A DNA stretch of 64,000 nucleotides from a virus: the IMG/VR virus record IMGVR_UViG_3300044613_003178. One strand, given 5' to 3'. How positions within the stretch are numbered: the stretch's first letter is position 1; every line of letters starts with the position of its first letter. Below the pieces are notes generated by a model, which was given only the letters and a program-made list of their open reading frames with translations, was not told the DNA's origin and made no database searches. Positions 48,837 through 57,071 of the stretch are shown piece after piece. A program made the position numbers and the translations under genes.

Positions 48837-49387
48837 AAAACACCTGCTTCAACCTTGCGACAATAATCATACATTGCAACGGATGAAGCACAACCAACAT
48901 TCAAACTTCTAACAGATCCATACTGAGTAATATACAAAATATCATCACACCTGTCAAGAAGTTCTTGTGGAATTCCAACTTGTTCTTGACCAAAAACCAT
49001 AAGGACATGCTCATTAGTTGGCCAAGTATAATCTTCAATTGGACGAGCATTTCGAACATTATCAATACCAACGATACGAAGTGTACCGTGCTGACGAATC
49101 ATGTTCTCAATTTTCAATCCGAGTTGTTGCTCATCCCTACAATGAACAAAACGATTATAATTATGAGTACCAACGGTGCCGCGCCTATCATATTGCTTGC
49201 TTCCATATAGAATGATCTCCTTTGCAAGAAAGGCATTCGCATTTCTGATCACCGTTGCAATATTAAAATCATTGTACAAATTACTGCAAAGCACAGTAAA
49301 ATTATGCCTACGCTTATCTAGGTCCGCAAGAATTGCTTCGTGCTTCCAATAATGATAATGATCAATAATGTTTCGCGTTTCTGTCAT
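48827..49387 (-). CDS. SpoU/TrmH-family RNA 2-prime-O-methyltransferase
   Basis: N...FNIATVIRNANAF, VFGQEQVGI, GSVRSLNVGCA. Start moved to MTETRN because the upstream extension is a tRNA. Confidence 0.88.
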   Translation of the reverse strand: MTETRNIIDHYHYWKHEAILADLDKRRHNFTVLCSNLYNDFNIATVIRNANAFLAKEIILYGSKQYDRRGTVGTHNYNRFVHCRDEQQLGLKIENMIRQHGTLRIVGIDNVRNARPIEDYTWPTNEHVLMVFGQEQVGIPQELLDRCDDILYITQYGSVRSLNVGCASSVAMYDYCRKVEAGVLAP

Positions 49388-49390
49388 AAG

Positions 49391-49462
49391 TAGGATGCCA
49401 GAGACTCGAACTCTGCGGTAGGTCGTTATAAGCGACCCTGTGCCACCCGACACATGCATCCC
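49391..49462 (-). tRNA. tRNA-Ile(TAT), atypical D-arm
   Basis: GGTCG-ctTATaa-CGACC; T-arm CAGAG-TTCGAGT-CTCTG. Confidence 0.75.
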
Positions 49463-49478
49463 ATATCAGTAATATAAC

Positions 49479-49754
49479 TTATTCTTGGTCAGAGTCAACA
49501 GAATTCTCAGAAGTTTTGATAACAATCTTGCTCTTCTTATTATTTACATGACCATTTTCATTTTTTGAAAAATAATTAGACTTCTGACGATCATAATCAT
49601 TTCCAAGACGATAATTTACACTTTCAATATCATGAGACATTAGAAGTGCGTGAGATTGAAAATTATCAAATGCAAAATTAATAATTTCTTGAGAAATCTT
49701 AAGTGCTTTCTCTTCTGAAGCATTGATTGGAATATCAATATGAAGACGATACAT
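49479..49754 (-). CDS. Hypothetical protein
   Basis: Coupled ORF (TAATG overlap). Confidence 0.55.
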   Translation of the reverse strand: MYRLHIDIPINASEEKALKISQEIINFAFDNFQSHALLMSHDIESVNYRLGNDYDRQKSNYFSKNENGHVNNKKSKIVIKTSENSVDSDQE

Positions 49755-50131
49755 TAGTACTCCATTCTCACGACACCATCATCGGTCGTGTAATAAATTT
49801 CATGAAAAACTTCCTGACACCAAGGAGCACAATGCTCACATGGTTTTGACATTCGTAGTTTCCCAAACTTATTATACCTAACATTTACAAGAGTCAACTT
49901 CTTACTACGAAAATTATATGGAATTTTACGGAATGCATCAAGTTCAGAATGCATTTCATTAAACTGATATCCATATTCTTTTGCAAGAGGATGTGTTTTA
50001 AAAACATTTCTACCAACAGAAACAACACGATTCTTATAAAGAACAAAAGAAACATGCTTCTTCTGACGATTCATTTCCAAGCAAATTGGATATGCATCAG
50101 AAATTAATTCATCCAAAACAGACATGATCAA
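49754..50131 (-). CDS. Zinc-dependent deaminase (cytidine/dCMP/TadA superfamily)
   Basis: HSE and SKPCEHC motifs; G.N..KTHP. Confidence 0.8.
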   Translation of the reverse strand: MIMSVLDELISDAYPICLEMNRQKKHVSFVLYKNRVVSVGRNVFKTHPLAKEYGYQFNEMHSELDAFRKIPYNFRSKKLTLVNVRYNKFGKLRMSKPCEHCAPWCQEVFHEIYYTTDDGVVRMEY

Positions 50132-50364
50132 ATCTCTCCAACATCAATATTGGTGATTGTATTTTTCTTAACATTCTTTTTATCATGCCATTCAGTAAAA
50201 TATGAAGAAAGATAATCGCTATCTGAATTTTTCTTTCTAAGATGCTGAATTTCATTCAGAGCCATCTCTAATGTAGTTGAAATTAGTCTCTCTTTTTCAT
50301 CAGGACTCATACTTAACATCTCAATATCAACTTTAAGTCTTTCAACAATATCCATACTATTCAT
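50128..50364 (-). CDS. Hypothetical protein
   Basis: AAGGAG RBS before MNSMDIVERL; the longer ORF-track start overlaps tRNA-Arg. Confidence 0.55.
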   Translation of the reverse strand: MNSMDIVERLKVDIEMLSMSPDEKERLISTTLEMALNEIQHLRKKNSDSDYLSSYFTEWHDKKNVKKNTITNIDVGEI

Positions 50365-50379
50365 AATAAACTCCTTAAA

Positions 50380-50453
50380 CGCGCTCGGCAAGATTCGAAC
50401 CTGCGACCTGATGCTTAGAAGGCATCTGCTCTATCCAACTGAGCTACGAGCGC
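50380..50453 (-). tRNA. tRNA-Arg(TCT)
   Basis: GATGC-ctTCTaa-GCATC. Confidence 0.92.
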
Positions 50454-50459
50454 ATGATG

Positions 50460-50771
50460 TCATTCAACTAATGACAACTTTGGTGCTGATACTGTCTTAT
50501 CTGGAATGATTAGACCACTACCAAAATTTTCATTGTAATTATTTGCTAGTTCTGGTTGTGGAGTAAGAACAAAAAGAACACGCTCCTTATTGATCGTAAC
50601 TCCTGTTTGATCTACCGTAGTATACGGCAACCAAGGGGCTAATGCAAGTTCTCCTTTACCAACTGGAACAATAATTGCTGGATTTTTAATTGAATATACA
50701 TTTTCAATTAGTTCGATCTTTGCGATTATTTGTTCTCCGCTTACCAGTCCGATTAGTTGTACATTGCTCAT
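50460..50771 (-). CDS. Conserved T4-like protein, Sm-like fold
   Basis: V.LI.L.SGEQIIA...IKNPAII...LAPWLPY...EL.NNY...FGSGLIIP. Confidence 0.7.
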   Translation of the reverse strand: MSNVQLIGLVSGEQIIAKIELIENVYSIKNPAIIVPVGKGELALAPWLPYTTVDQTGVTINKERVLFVLTPQPELANNYNENFGSGLIIPDKTVSAPKLSLVE

Positions 50772-50883
50772 TTTTTAATTTACCTTTCTTTTTTCCAAAA
50801 ATATCATCCCAATTTTTTGAATATTGTTCCCAATCTACGGGTCTATATGTATCACCTTTACCTGCTGAATGTTTACCGCCCAT
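50704..50883 (-). CDS. Small conserved phage protein (GKGD.YRP...NWD.IF)
   Basis: Hand translation MGGKHSAGKGDTYRPVDWEQYSKNWDDIFGKKK...; GAGG RBS. Confidence 0.55.
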   Translation of the reverse strand: MGGKHSAGKGDTYRPVDWEQYSKNWDDIFGKKKGKLKNEQCTTNRTGKRRTNNRKDRTN

Positions 50884-51499
50884 CTTTATCCTCTTTCAAA
50901 TCATAATAATAACTGTCATCTTCTCCTTCAATAATCCATCTATCACTTGTTCCTTCACATCTAAAATTTTTATGATCAACTTTATAATCAGGATTTTGTG
51001 GAAATGGTTTTGTAACAAAAGACATATGTTTCCAATATATTCTATTATTTGGTTGTAAAGCGTAACAACCATTATCCAATTCAACCATATGTAAACATTT
51101 GTATTGTGTTGGTTCGTCACTATATGAATTATCATACCAATCAAATGTCATCATATAATTACCCCAAAGTTCTTTTTTATCTTTTAGAATTATTTTTGCT
51201 CTTGCACCTTTTAAATAGTCATAAACAATATTTGTGCAATTTATAGAAAAACAATCCCATAATTGTAAATAATCTAATTGAATATTAGGAGCATTTTCTT
51301 TGTGGCATAACATATGAATTGGAACTCTACTTCTAACTAACCCATCATCAGTCATCACATGAAAAAGTAATGCTCTATCTGGATTAGATTGTGCTCCAAA
51401 TACAGTAACTTTTACAAATTCACCAACATGATTTTTATGTTGATACATTTGTTCTTTTCTCATGTAACAATAAAAATGTGGAATATTAATATTTAACAT
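50873..51499 (-). CDS. Conserved phage hypothetical protein
   Basis: LN.NIP..YC..RKE, LQLWDCFS, Y.MTFDW, LDNG.YALQPNNRI. Confidence 0.7.
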   Translation of the reverse strand: MLNINIPHFYCYMRKEQMYQHKNHVGEFVKVTVFGAQSNPDRALLFHVMTDDGLVRSRVPIHMLCHKENAPNIQLDYLQLWDCFSINCTNIVYDYLKGARAKIILKDKKELWGNYMMTFDWYDNSYSDEPTQYKCLHMVELDNGCYALQPNNRIYWKHMSFVTKPFPQNPDYKVDHKNFRCEGTSDRWIIEGEDDSYYYDLKEDKDGR

Positions 51500-51503
51500 A
51501 CAA

Positions 51504-51575
51504 AGCCATGTATCGGATTCGAACCGATGACCTGTGCTTTACAAAAGCACTGCACTACCACTGTGCTAACATGGC
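51504..51575 (-). tRNA. tRNA-Thr(TGT)
   Basis: GTGCT-ttTGTaa-AGCAC. Confidence 0.92.
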
Positions 51576-51578
51576 AAA

Positions 51579-51651
51579 CTCTTGAAACTGGACTCGAACC
51601 AGTGACCCGTGAGTTAACAGCTCACTGCTCTACCAACTGAGCTATTCAAGA
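51579..51651 (-). tRNA. tRNA-Asn(GTT)
   Basis: GTGAG-ctGTTaa-CTCAC; G73. Confidence 0.92.
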
Positions 51652-51655
51652 ATAA

Positions 51656-51726
51656 TTCCTTTGCCTAGATTCGAACTAGGAAAAAGAGATCCAAAGTCTC
51701 CTGTGATACCGTTTCACCACAAAGGA
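51656..51726 (-). tRNA. tRNA-Gln(TTG)
   Basis: GGAGA-ctTTGga-TCTCT. Confidence 0.88.
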
Positions 51727-51727
51727 A

Positions 51728-52720
51728 TCAAATACTTTCCTTATCACCAGAGAAAGTAATTTCATGTAAATCCGAACCACTACTAAACATTAAAGTATCT
51801 TGAATATAAGCAGACATCATAGCAAAACTTGTACAATTCATGTATTCATTTCCATGAATGACCTTAAATTCTCCAACCTTCTTGAGAACATCACACTTAT
51901 TTATGATGAGTTCAGTACAACCCGATAAGACGATAGACTTCTTCAACTTATCAAGGTTCAACCAATTCACCAATCGTTTACGACCCGTAGTAGAACCAAA
52001 TTCTTGACCCTCCTCAATAATTCGATTCAGTACGGGATCATTCCATAATGTTTCGGGGAAGAGTGGATCTTTACCACTCTTTGTATCATATGCCTTTGCA
52101 ACACCAATCAATCTGCGAATCTTCTTCGGAGAGAAACCAAGAGAACATGCAGAGTATGGCATTGTTGAACTACTAGTTACGAATGGATAATCACCATGAT
52201 CAATATCAAGCCAAACACTTTGTGCTCCTTCACAAAGCACTCTACCTGATAGTTCACCATCCCACAACCACTCCGAAATAAAATATTCCTTTGCTCTCCT
52301 ACCTCTACGCAACATCTTATCTGAATAGCAAGGAGCAATTCCTTGAGAAGTTGTTCCTAAGTGACCAAGATTCTTCTTGTCCCACTCAATATGTTCTTCG
52401 GTGATAATATGTGCATTTGGATGAATTTTGATAAGAGAAGTATCAAATCCTGCTGCACGAAGTCCACGGATCTCTTCAAAGAATTTATCTGGGTTAATTA
52501 CACATCCCGGTCCAATTACACACTTCTTACCTGCAAAGATACCGGATGGAATAATATGAGTTTTAAATTTTTGTCCATTTACATAAACAGTGTGACCAGC
52601 ATTTGGTCCACCGTTCCAACGACAAACATAATCATATTTTGGAGCAAGAGCATTAGAAATCTTTCCCTTGCCTTCATCGCCCCATGCTAAACCATATATC
52701 ACATCTACATAATCAATCAT
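51728..52720 (-). CDS. purA: Adenylosuccinate synthetase (short form)
   Basis: WGDEGKGK, GGPNAGHT, IPSG, LGTT..GIAPCY.DK, EGAQ...LDIDHG.YPFVTSS, EFGSTTGRKR, NKCD. Confidence 0.93.
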   Translation of the reverse strand: MIDYVDVIYGLAWGDEGKGKISNALAPKYDYVCRWNGGPNAGHTVYVNGQKFKTHIIPSGIFAGKKCVIGPGCVINPDKFFEEIRGLRAAGFDTSLIKIHPNAHIITEEHIEWDKKNLGHLGTTSQGIAPCYSDKMLRRGRRAKEYFISEWLWDGELSGRVLCEGAQSVWLDIDHGDYPFVTSSSTMPYSACSLGFSPKKIRRLIGVAKAYDTKSGKDPLFPETLWNDPVLNRIIEEGQEFGSTTGRKRLVNWLNLDKLKKSIVLSGCTELIINKCDVLKKVGEFKVIHGNEYMNCTSFAMMSAYIQDTLMFSSGSDLHEITFSGDKESI

Positions 52721-52979
52721 TTAATCCCAACTCCTCATCAAGTTGTGCGAGTCTATCCATTGCTTCCTGAGACTTCTTGTATTTTTCTGCTTTGAAGTCT
52801 ATGATTGGTTCAGATTTACCGTCACCAAAAATAAACATTGCTCTCTCCTGTAATTTATTAGCAATCTCCATCAGTCGTTTGCCTTCAGGAAGAAAGTGAC
52901 CATCAATCATGTAATCATTCTGTGCAAGATATATCAGAAAGGTATGATCGTTCAGTTCATTATACGGATTGTCAATCAT
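52713..52979 (-). CDS. Hypothetical protein
   Basis: AGGAG RBS before MIDNPY; C-terminal AMDRLAQLDEELGL. Confidence 0.55.
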   Translation of the reverse strand: MIDNPYNELNDHTFLIYLAQNDYMIDGHFLPEGKRLMEIANKLQERAMFIFGDGKSEPIIDFKAEKYKKSQEAMDRLAQLDEELGLND

Positions 52980-52994
52980 TATTATTCTCCTGAG

Positions 52995-53067
52995 TAGGAC
53001 GGGTGGGATTCGAACCCACACTATGGACATTTTGAGTGTCCCGACTCTGCCGTTGGTCTACCATCCC
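52995..53067 (-). tRNA. tRNA-Leu(CAA), short variable loop
   Basis: GGACA-ctCAAaa-TGTCC; body nearly identical to tRNA-Leu(TAA). Confidence 0.85.
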
Positions 53068-53072
53068 AAAAG

Positions 53073-53145
53073 TGCCCCCTGTAGGAATTGAACCTACGAC
53101 CTATTGATTAAAAGTCAACTGCTCTACCAACTGAGCTAAGAGGGC
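53073..53145 (-). tRNA. tRNA-Lys(TTT)
   Basis: GTTGA-ctTTTaa-TCAAT. Confidence 0.92.
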
Positions 53146-53149
53146 ATAA

Positions 53150-53324
53150 AAGACGGTTTTGGTTGTATCCGGTAACTACTACTGCCTTACGGGCATTCAT
53201 CACCTTCGTATCAGGAACCGTAAACCAACCAGTGAAACGGTTTTGTAGTCGAGAGACTGCAGTGGTTTTCCGTAAACCATTTCTGTCTCGCTCGGATCTG
53301 CTCTCGGTGCATACCGACAAACCT
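53150..53324. ncRNA. Candidate structured RNA of unknown family
   Basis: GC-richer intergenic island with several hairpins and duplicated complementary motifs. Confidence 0.5.
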
Positions 53325-53522
53325 TATTTAATAATATAATACTATAAACAATAAAAGTAATTTTAATGTAACCACATAATATTATTATCAAAGTGCTTCA
53401 TAGTGTGTTTCCTTTGTTATTTTCTCTGACTCGTATAGTATACGACTTTTATCGGACTCCGCAAGGAAAAAAGTAAAGTTTTATAAGATTTTTTTTCAGG
53501 GTCAAATGCAAATATTCAAATT

Positions 53523-54581
53523 TTAATTTTCTTGAAATATGTTATTTAACTGACGATTGACACGAATAAAAGTTGTACACTTTGACAGATCCTTAAGTCT
53601 TGCTGCACCAACATATGTGCAAGCAGAACGGACACCACCAAGAATCTGTTGCATAATATTTGCAACTGGTCCAGTCTTTTTAACAAATACCTTCTTACCC
53701 TCTGCTGCACGATAAGTAGCAACACCACCGGAATGTTTTTCCATTGCTGTAGCAGATGACATACCATAGAACTCTTTACCGTTCTCTGTTTCTTGTCCTG
53801 CAGACTCATCAGTTCCTGCAAACATACCACCAATCATAATAAAGTCTGCACCAGCACCAAATGCCTTTGCTACATCACCCGGACAAGTACAACCACCATC
53901 TGATAGCACATAACCACCAAGCCCATGTGCTGCATCAGCACACTCCATGATGCAGGAGAGTTGAGGATAACCCACACCAGCAACCTTACGAGTGGTGCAG
54001 ACAGATCCTGGTCCAATTCCTGCCTTGATGATGTTTGCACCAGAAAGAATCAGTGCTTCAGTCATCTCACGGGTAACAACATTACCTGCAATAATAACAT
54101 GATCTGGAAATAAACCACGAATGGTTTTAACATAATTTACAAACTTTTCAGTATATCCATTTGCAACATCAAGACAAATAAACCGAACATGCTTATGTGC
54201 ATTTAATATCTTTTCTGCTTTTTGAATTTCTGTTAATGTTGTGGAATCGTTTCCCATTCCCATTGTATAAATCAATCCACAAAGACCAGAATGTTTTCTC
54301 AACCATGAACTTGCTTCACGACCCCAATCTTCTTCAGAGTAATACTTGTGAATAGCACACATAGCACCGTAATCTGCAAGAGAGTTTGCCATTTCAAATG
54401 TACCAACTGTATCCATATTAGCGGCTACAATAGGGACACCTCTCCATACAAATTCACCACTGGGTAGTTTAAATTTAAATGTGCGTTCGACATCAACCTT
54501 GCTACGACTATCAAGGTTACTTCGCTTTGGACGAATCAAAACATCTGCAAAATCAAGTTTTACATCATCTTCAATCTTCAC
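53523..54581 (-). CDS. guaC: GMP reductase
   Basis: [70 protein letters not shown]. Confidence 0.96.
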   Translation of the reverse strand: MKIEDDVKLDFADVLIRPKRSNLDSRSKVDVERTFKFKLPSGEFVWRGVPIVAANMDTVGTFEMANSLADYGAMCAIHKYYSEEDWGREASSWLRKHSGLCGLIYTMGMGNDSTTLTEIQKAEKILNAHKHVRFICLDVANGYTEKFVNYVKTIRGLFPDHVIIAGNVVTREMTEALILSGANIIKAGIGPGSVCTTRKVAGVGYPQLSCIMECADAAHGLGGYVLSDGGCTCPGDVAKAFGAGADFIMIGGMFAGTDESAGQETENGKEFYGMSSATAMEKHSGGVATYRAAEGKKVFVKKTGPVANIMQQILGGVRSACTYVGAARLKDLSKCTTFIRVNRQLNNIFQEN

Positions 54582-54593
54582 TTTAGTTTCCTT

Positions 54594-54767
54594 TCACTTG
54601 CCTTCTATTTTATCTTCCAAATCCATTGGGAGTAAATTTCGAAGTTGTTTCATTAATTTAGCCAAATCTTTTGAACTAATTTTGTCCTTAAGATATTTCT
54701 CATAACCAATCACACAGGATTCTGCTGAGTCTATTAAATCTTGAACCCATGTTTCTCTATGTTGCAT
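54594..54767 (-). CDS. Small hypothetical protein (57 aa)
   Basis: Hand translation MQHRETWVQDLIDSAESCVIGYEKYLKDKI...; GGAG RBS. Confidence 0.5.
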   Translation of the reverse strand: MQHRETWVQDLIDSAESCVIGYEKYLKDKISSKDLAKLMKQLRNLLPMDLEDKIEGK

Positions 54768-55040
54768 TTATGCTCCATCGTCTTCTGAATGAGGGTCATA
54801 CTGTGAAGCATTATTAATTTCATCAATCACTTCTCTAGTATCTATCTCATTTAGAATTTGAGTGAGCATATTTCTAATAGAAAGAATCTCATGATAATCA
54901 TAACCATCAATAGATTCTTCGTTATTAAAGTTTCTAAAACATGCAATATGTGCATCTGTTACTGGGTGTCTAATCAGATCAATAATTGGTTTGGAACCAT
55001 TGATGGTTCTAACGCCAGAAACTACAAAAGTATTATTCAT
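54768..55040 (-). CDS. Hypothetical protein
   Basis: GAGG RBS before MNNTF. Confidence 0.5.
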   Translation of the reverse strand: MNNTFVVSGVRTINGSKPIIDLIRHPVTDAHIACFRNFNNEESIDGYDYHEILSIRNMLTQILNEIDTREVIDEINNASQYDPHSEDDGA

Positions 55041-55350
55041 AATAATTTTCCTCATCGAACTTCTTGTTTAAAAGACCATCAATAAGTTTTTGAATTACAT
55101 CCATCATTTCTTCATGCATTTTAATACCACCCATAGACGATATCGTTTCAAGATCCATAATTGCTGTTACAGTGCTCGACATGTCTATGGGTTGTGTTAT
55201 TCCAAGATCCAAATAACCATACTCAAGTAGTTTACTCGGAGAATCAGATTTTGCAAGCACAACATTAGAATTGTTCAATGGATTTTTACCCAAAAGAACA
55301 TAAATCCCATCCTTCAAGTATTCTATTGTGTATTGTTTATTTTTTATCAT
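55033..55350 (-). CDS. Hypothetical protein
   Basis: Coupled ORF within the operon. Confidence 0.5.
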   Translation of the reverse strand: MIKNKQYTIEYLKDGIYVLLGKNPLNNSNVVLAKSDSPSKLLEYGYLDLGITQPIDMSSTVTAIMDLETISSMGGIKMHEEMMDVIQKLIDGLLNKKFDEENYYE

Positions 55351-55873
55351 TTTGATTCCAACTTTTTATTAAATAATGAATAAAAAGTTCTTCTCCAATT
55401 TCAATATTTTTCATTGCTTTAAATGATACTGTTTGTTCTGCCCAATTAAATTTTAAAGAAACATTTGGTGTTTCTGAATGGTTGTATAATGGAGCATATC
55501 CCATTGGCATGTATGCTATAGGACTATGAACTTTGCAGTCTCTACAATTACAACTTAAATTTGGCCAAATGTAACTTTTAATTATTGGATCGTGTTGGTA
55601 TTGCATTCTCCATTCTAATTTAAGAAGAGGAGCAATCTCAATAAGTTCACCTTCTAATATTTGTTCTTTTGCGAAAACACCTTGATTGTGAATTAAAGAT
55701 TGCTTTATTTCAATTTTAGTTGGTATAACAACATTTCCTCTACTAGTGGGAGTAGAAATTTTATTATCTTCCTGATTTGTTTGTTGTTCTTTAATTGGTT
55801 GATTGGGGAAAACTTGATTAGTTTTAACAAATGTTTCAAAGTCCATAGTATTCATCTGATCACTCATACCCAA
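55337..55873 (-). CDS. SET-domain protein (putative lysine methyltransferase)
   Basis: S.IH..GVFA..I..GELIE, LYNHSETPN, I..GEELFIHY. Confidence 0.88.
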   Translation of the reverse strand: MGMSDQMNTMDFETFVKTNQVFPNQPIKEQQTNQEDNKISTPTSRGNVVIPTKIEIKQSLIHNQGVFAKEQILEGELIEIAPLLKLEWRMQYQHDPIIKSYIWPNLSCNCRDCKVHSPIAYMPMGYAPLYNHSETPNVSLKFNWAEQTVSFKAMKNIEIGEELFIHYLIKSWNQNDKK

Positions 55874-55883
55874 TCTCCTTTAA

Positions 55884-56993
55884 TTATTTTTCGGTCGTTT
55901 GTGGTATTTTAACACCTTCTGAATATTTTGCAAGAGCATCTGAAAGATTTTTCATTCTTTTTCCAATACTATTTTCAGTATTCTCTCTATAATCATCGGC
56001 GTTCAAATATTCTTTACTTGCACCCTTCAAATCACCTTTACGGATTAGTGCAAGTGCCTTTGGTGATTTCTTTATCATACCTCTAAAATGCTCAGATGCA
56101 ATATGCATTCTTAAATTTGGATGCATACTATCAAATGTTTCATGACCAATAATATCTCTTACTTGATCATGTTTTTGTCTTGCTTGATGTGTTAGAAGTT
56201 CGTGTCCTTGAGCAGCGGTTAATTCCATATTTCCTGCTGCTACTTTTTGTCTCCACTCTTTGGATTGGTGTGGGAAGACTTTTTCCATTGTACCAACAAA
56301 ACTTCCATCAATCAATGCACCATGACCAACTGTAGGAAGTCCCTTACTATCCTTATATCTTCTTGCTCTCCATCCTTCCATTTCTTTTAAATGTGGGACG
56401 AGCAAATCACCAACTACATTTGTTGGTTTTTCTTCTTTTGCTTCTACTGGTTTTTCAGTTGATTTCTTTAAATCGTTTATTTTTAAAGTTTGTTTTTCTG
56501 GTGCTTTGCTTAAAGATACCTTACTTGATGTTGGATTATCTTTACTATCAATACTCTTTTCAAATGCTTTTCCACCAAGACCTATACCACCTGCAACCGA
56601 TAATGCTGCAAGAGTATTCATTGTTTTAGGTCCAAACATATTAAAAACTTTTTTTTCACTTAAAAAAGTAAGAACACTATTCAAAAATTCTTCATTTGCA
56701 GCAACTTGTTCTTCGTCTGGTTGTTGTTCTTGTTGTTCTGCTTCTTGTTGTGCTTGCATGTTTTGAATGAGTTGCAATCTCATTAAGAATTCTTCCATAC
56801 TTGTTGTTGGAATTCTTTTTAGAATAATTTTCTTTGCATCTCTTGGATATGAGGTTGGAAAGAGAGTTTCAGCAGCAGGACTGCTTTTCCCTGGGATCAT
56901 TGTTACAGAACCACCATCTCTGTCCTGAATGTCTTCTAAAAGAGTTAAATGGTACTCTTTTTGCTCTTCTTTTAGGGTTTTTAGTATATCCAT
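55884..56993 (-). CDS. Lysozyme (GH24-like) domain protein with acidic N-terminal pro-region and hydrophobic segment
   Basis: LKEMEG.R...YKDSKGLPTVGHG carries the E/D/T catalytic pattern. Confidence 0.75.
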   Translation of the reverse strand: MDILKTLKEEQKEYHLTLLEDIQDRDGGSVTMIPGKSSPAAETLFPTSYPRDAKKIILKRIPTTSMEEFLMRLQLIQNMQAQQEAEQQEQQPDEEQVAANEEFLNSVLTFLSEKKVFNMFGPKTMNTLAALSVAGGIGLGGKAFEKSIDSKDNPTSSKVSLSKAPEKQTLKINDLKKSTEKPVEAKEEKPTNVVGDLLVPHLKEMEGWRARRYKDSKGLPTVGHGALIDGSFVGTMEKVFPHQSKEWRQKVAAGNMELTAAQGHELLTHQARQKHDQVRDIIGHETFDSMHPNLRMHIASEHFRGMIKKSPKALALIRKGDLKGASKEYLNADDYRENTENSIGKRMKNLSDALAKYSEGVKIPQTTEK

Positions 56994-57020
56994 AATAGAT
57001 CTTTATTATCCTTGGCACAG

Positions 57021-57050
57021 TATGTATACAAGTCAAAGGTTTTATAAATA
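57021..57050. promoter_or_regulatory. Divergent late promoters (TATACATA on -, TATAAATA on +)
   Basis: Motifs at 57021-57028 and 57043-57050. Confidence 0.6.
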
Positions 57051-57071
57051 ACCTAAAAGGAAGATATACCC

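Noticed and set aside
51728-52720. PurZ (2-aminoadenine, Z-genome) synthase
   Set aside because: The N-terminal motif is GDEGKG with the catalytic Asp of PurA, not the GSTGKG-type Ser of PurZ, and no datZ or mazZ neighbours were recognised.
53150-53324. RNase P, SRP or hammerhead identity for the structured element
   Set aside because: Only fragments resemble these families (ACAGAAA, CTGAT); the P4 pairing, SRP CAGG/AGCA loop and complete hammerhead core are missing.
53363-53470. RBS and sigma70-like promoter with an ORF starting at 53401
   Set aside because: The frame closes after 12 codons; at most a gene remnant or leader peptide.
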